Positions 23,150-24,290 of a stretch of DNA of 24,290 nucleotides are shown piece by piece. The stretch's first letter is position 1, and each line of letters begins with the position of its first letter. This DNA is from a virus (Duplodnaviria > Caudoviricetes): the IMG/VR virus record IMGVR_UViG_3300048575_000073, positions 1-24,290 of that record, one strand, 5' to 3'. Both the position numbers and the translations under genes were made by a program. Below the pieces are notes generated by a model. That model made no database searches. It saw only the letters and a list, made by a program, of their open reading frames with translations, and was not told where the DNA came from.

Positions 23150-24038
23150 TTTGTTCACCCATTGCAGCCTTAAGTCGTGCCGTTTCTTGTCTGCGTTCCA
23201 GGTCCTGACATTCCCGGTAGTTCCGCGGCATGGTCGGATCACGTGGCGGGCTTGCCCGGGCCGTCTGCATGTTCCCACCTCTGTTCTGGTCCCTGTCCAG
23301 CCAGCCGCAAATAAACCGGCGGACGCCCCTGGACGTTTTTCGACGTTTTGGGTCTGCCACCAACCAGCCTTTCATGCTCCGCAAGGCCTGGACGACATCC
23401 ACGGCCGGATAGAGCGGCGCGAGCTCGTCCACGAGGTCCTGCCGCACCTCAAAATCCGATCCGTCCGCCAAGGGGAGCGTTCCCACCAGCTTAGGCAACT
23501 CGGCCGGCGGCTGCCCGGCAGGTGGCTCGGCCACCTCCGGGCAAGAATCCGAACGAAGTGAGGATTCCTCTTCTGTCTTTGCAGTTGCAGATGCAGATGA
23601 AGAAGGGGACGTGAGGTTTTCGTGAGAACCGCCGTGAGAATCGCGTGAGACTACCGTGATGTCGGCATCAGACTTCTTCTTTTCGTAACTCCGGCGCTGA
23701 CGTATCCGTGCGTCTTCTTTTTCTTTTTCCTCCCTGACCATCCGGCGGCAGGAGAGGTGTATTTTCCCGTTATAGCCGCGTGATATTTCCGTGAGGTCTG
23801 ATGATGAGTCTCCGATTTTCTCCTCGACGATGTAGCGGATGATGCGAAGGGCATCGTCAGGTCCCGACCGCCAGAGCCTGGCCCATTGGTCCAGGGAGTA
23901 GAAAAGTTCGCCCGGCGTATCGGATAGCCAAGCCTTGGCGCAGAACCGACACCACGCCCCCTCGATTTCCAGGGGGTGTTCGGCAAGGTCTGCTATCCAG
24001 TCCTTGACGTAAAATTGGAAGGCCGGGGCCTTGGCCAT
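23070..24038 (-). CDS. Phage replication initiator (YdaU/DUF1376-like N-terminus)
   Basis: MAKAPAFQFYVKDW..D...L.IEGAW, RRMVRE, C-terminal LYPAVDV...L..M.GWL...P.RRKT..G..RFI..WL.R.Q; AAGGAG RBS; internal iterons. Confidence 0.85.
   Translation of the reverse strand: MAKAPAFQFYVKDWIADLAEHPLEIEGAWCRFCAKAWLSDTPGELFYSLDQWARLWRSGPDDALRIIRYIVEEKIGDSSSDLTEISRGYNGKIHLSCRRMVREEKEKEDARIRQRRSYEKKKSDADITVVSRDSHGGSHENLTSPSSSASATAKTEEESSLRSDSCPEVAEPPAGQPPAELPKLVGTLPLADGSDFEVRQDLVDELAPLYPAVDVVQALRSMKGWLVADPKRRKTSRGVRRFICGWLDRDQNRGGNMQTARASPPRDPTMPRNYRECQDLERRQETARLKAAMGEQNAGFSDCPGGTGAIQHRPLPAKSLDA
23610..23660. repeat. Iteron array (putative phage replication origin)
   Basis: CGTGAG at 23610, 23621, 23633, 23644 and CGTGAT at 23655 (spacing 11, 12, 11, 11 bp) inside the initiator gene. 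Confidence 0.75.
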
Positions 24039-24040
24039 GA

Positions 24041-24290
24041 TTACTCCTTGCCTCCCGTCAATTTCTCCAGCGCCCCCATCCCCGCCGTCTCCACGGCCAT
24101 GTCCCAGCAGTTGGCCCGCACCAGGGCTTCGGCCAGGGGCGGGCAGACAGAATTCCCACAGGCCCGGACTTGCTTGCTCTTCGGAAGTGGCTTGCCGTTG
24201 AAAATCGGGTCGATCACGTAGTCCGGCGGGAACCCCTGGGCCGCAAAGAGCTCCCGGGGCGAAAGCATCCGCAGACCGATGTCCGCGACG
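24041..24290 (-). CDS. DNA (cytosine-5) methyltransferase, C-terminal part (5' end outside window)
   Basis: VADIGLRMLSPRELFAAQGFPPDY...QVRACGNSVCPPLAEALV matches C5-MTase motifs IX and X. Confidence 0.92.
   Translation of the reverse strand, partial: VADIGLRMLSPRELFAAQGFPPDYVIDPIFNGKPLPKSKQVRACGNSVCPPLAEALVRANCWDMAVETAGMGALEKLTGGKE

Larger units (their letters stand above)
1..24290 (-). mobile_element. Lambdoid siphophage/prophage region (replication, lysis, packaging, head, non-contractile tail); extends beyond both window edges
   Basis: Continuous co-oriented minus-strand gene array in canonical phage order, with many stop/start overlaps. Tape measure present; no sheath gene seen. No integrase or att site in the window. 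Confidence 0.97.

Noticed and set aside
1-24290. CRISPR array, tRNA/rRNA, IS element, integrase, DGR template repeat or reverse transcriptase, intein in terL
   Set aside because: None recognised by eye; terL length and motif spacing are normal. Small ncRNAs cannot be excluded without a covariance-model search.

Overview
High-GC lambdoid siphophage or prophage segment. All real genes lie on the minus strand. Read right to left, the window holds: the end of a C5 DNA methyltransferase; a replication initiator with internal iterons; a putative helicase-loader-like ORF; a Ros/MucR regulator of Desulfovibrionaceae style (host assignment is inference); a VRR-NUC nuclease; a small HTH protein; an unusual lysis cassette (GH24 lysozyme fused to a holin-like membrane domain, a phospholipase A2-like protein and a coiled-coil/TM protein); a lambda-like cos region; terminase, gpW, portal, protease-capsid fusion, cement and connector genes; tail tube; a G/GT chaperone with a GGGAAAG frameshift; and a tape measure. 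The tail tip is non-lambdoid. It includes a protein with an inserted LapG-like (BTLCP/C93) cysteine protease and a low-GC C-terminus, and an Mtd-like C-type-lectin receptor-binding gene that runs off the left edge and is missing from the ORF track. The most notable candidates are the tail-embedded LapG-like protease, a possible -1 frameshift fusing TerS to TerL, the endolysin-holin fusion with a PLA2-like neighbour, and a possible DGR target. All family assignments come from motif recognition by eye; no database searches were run.
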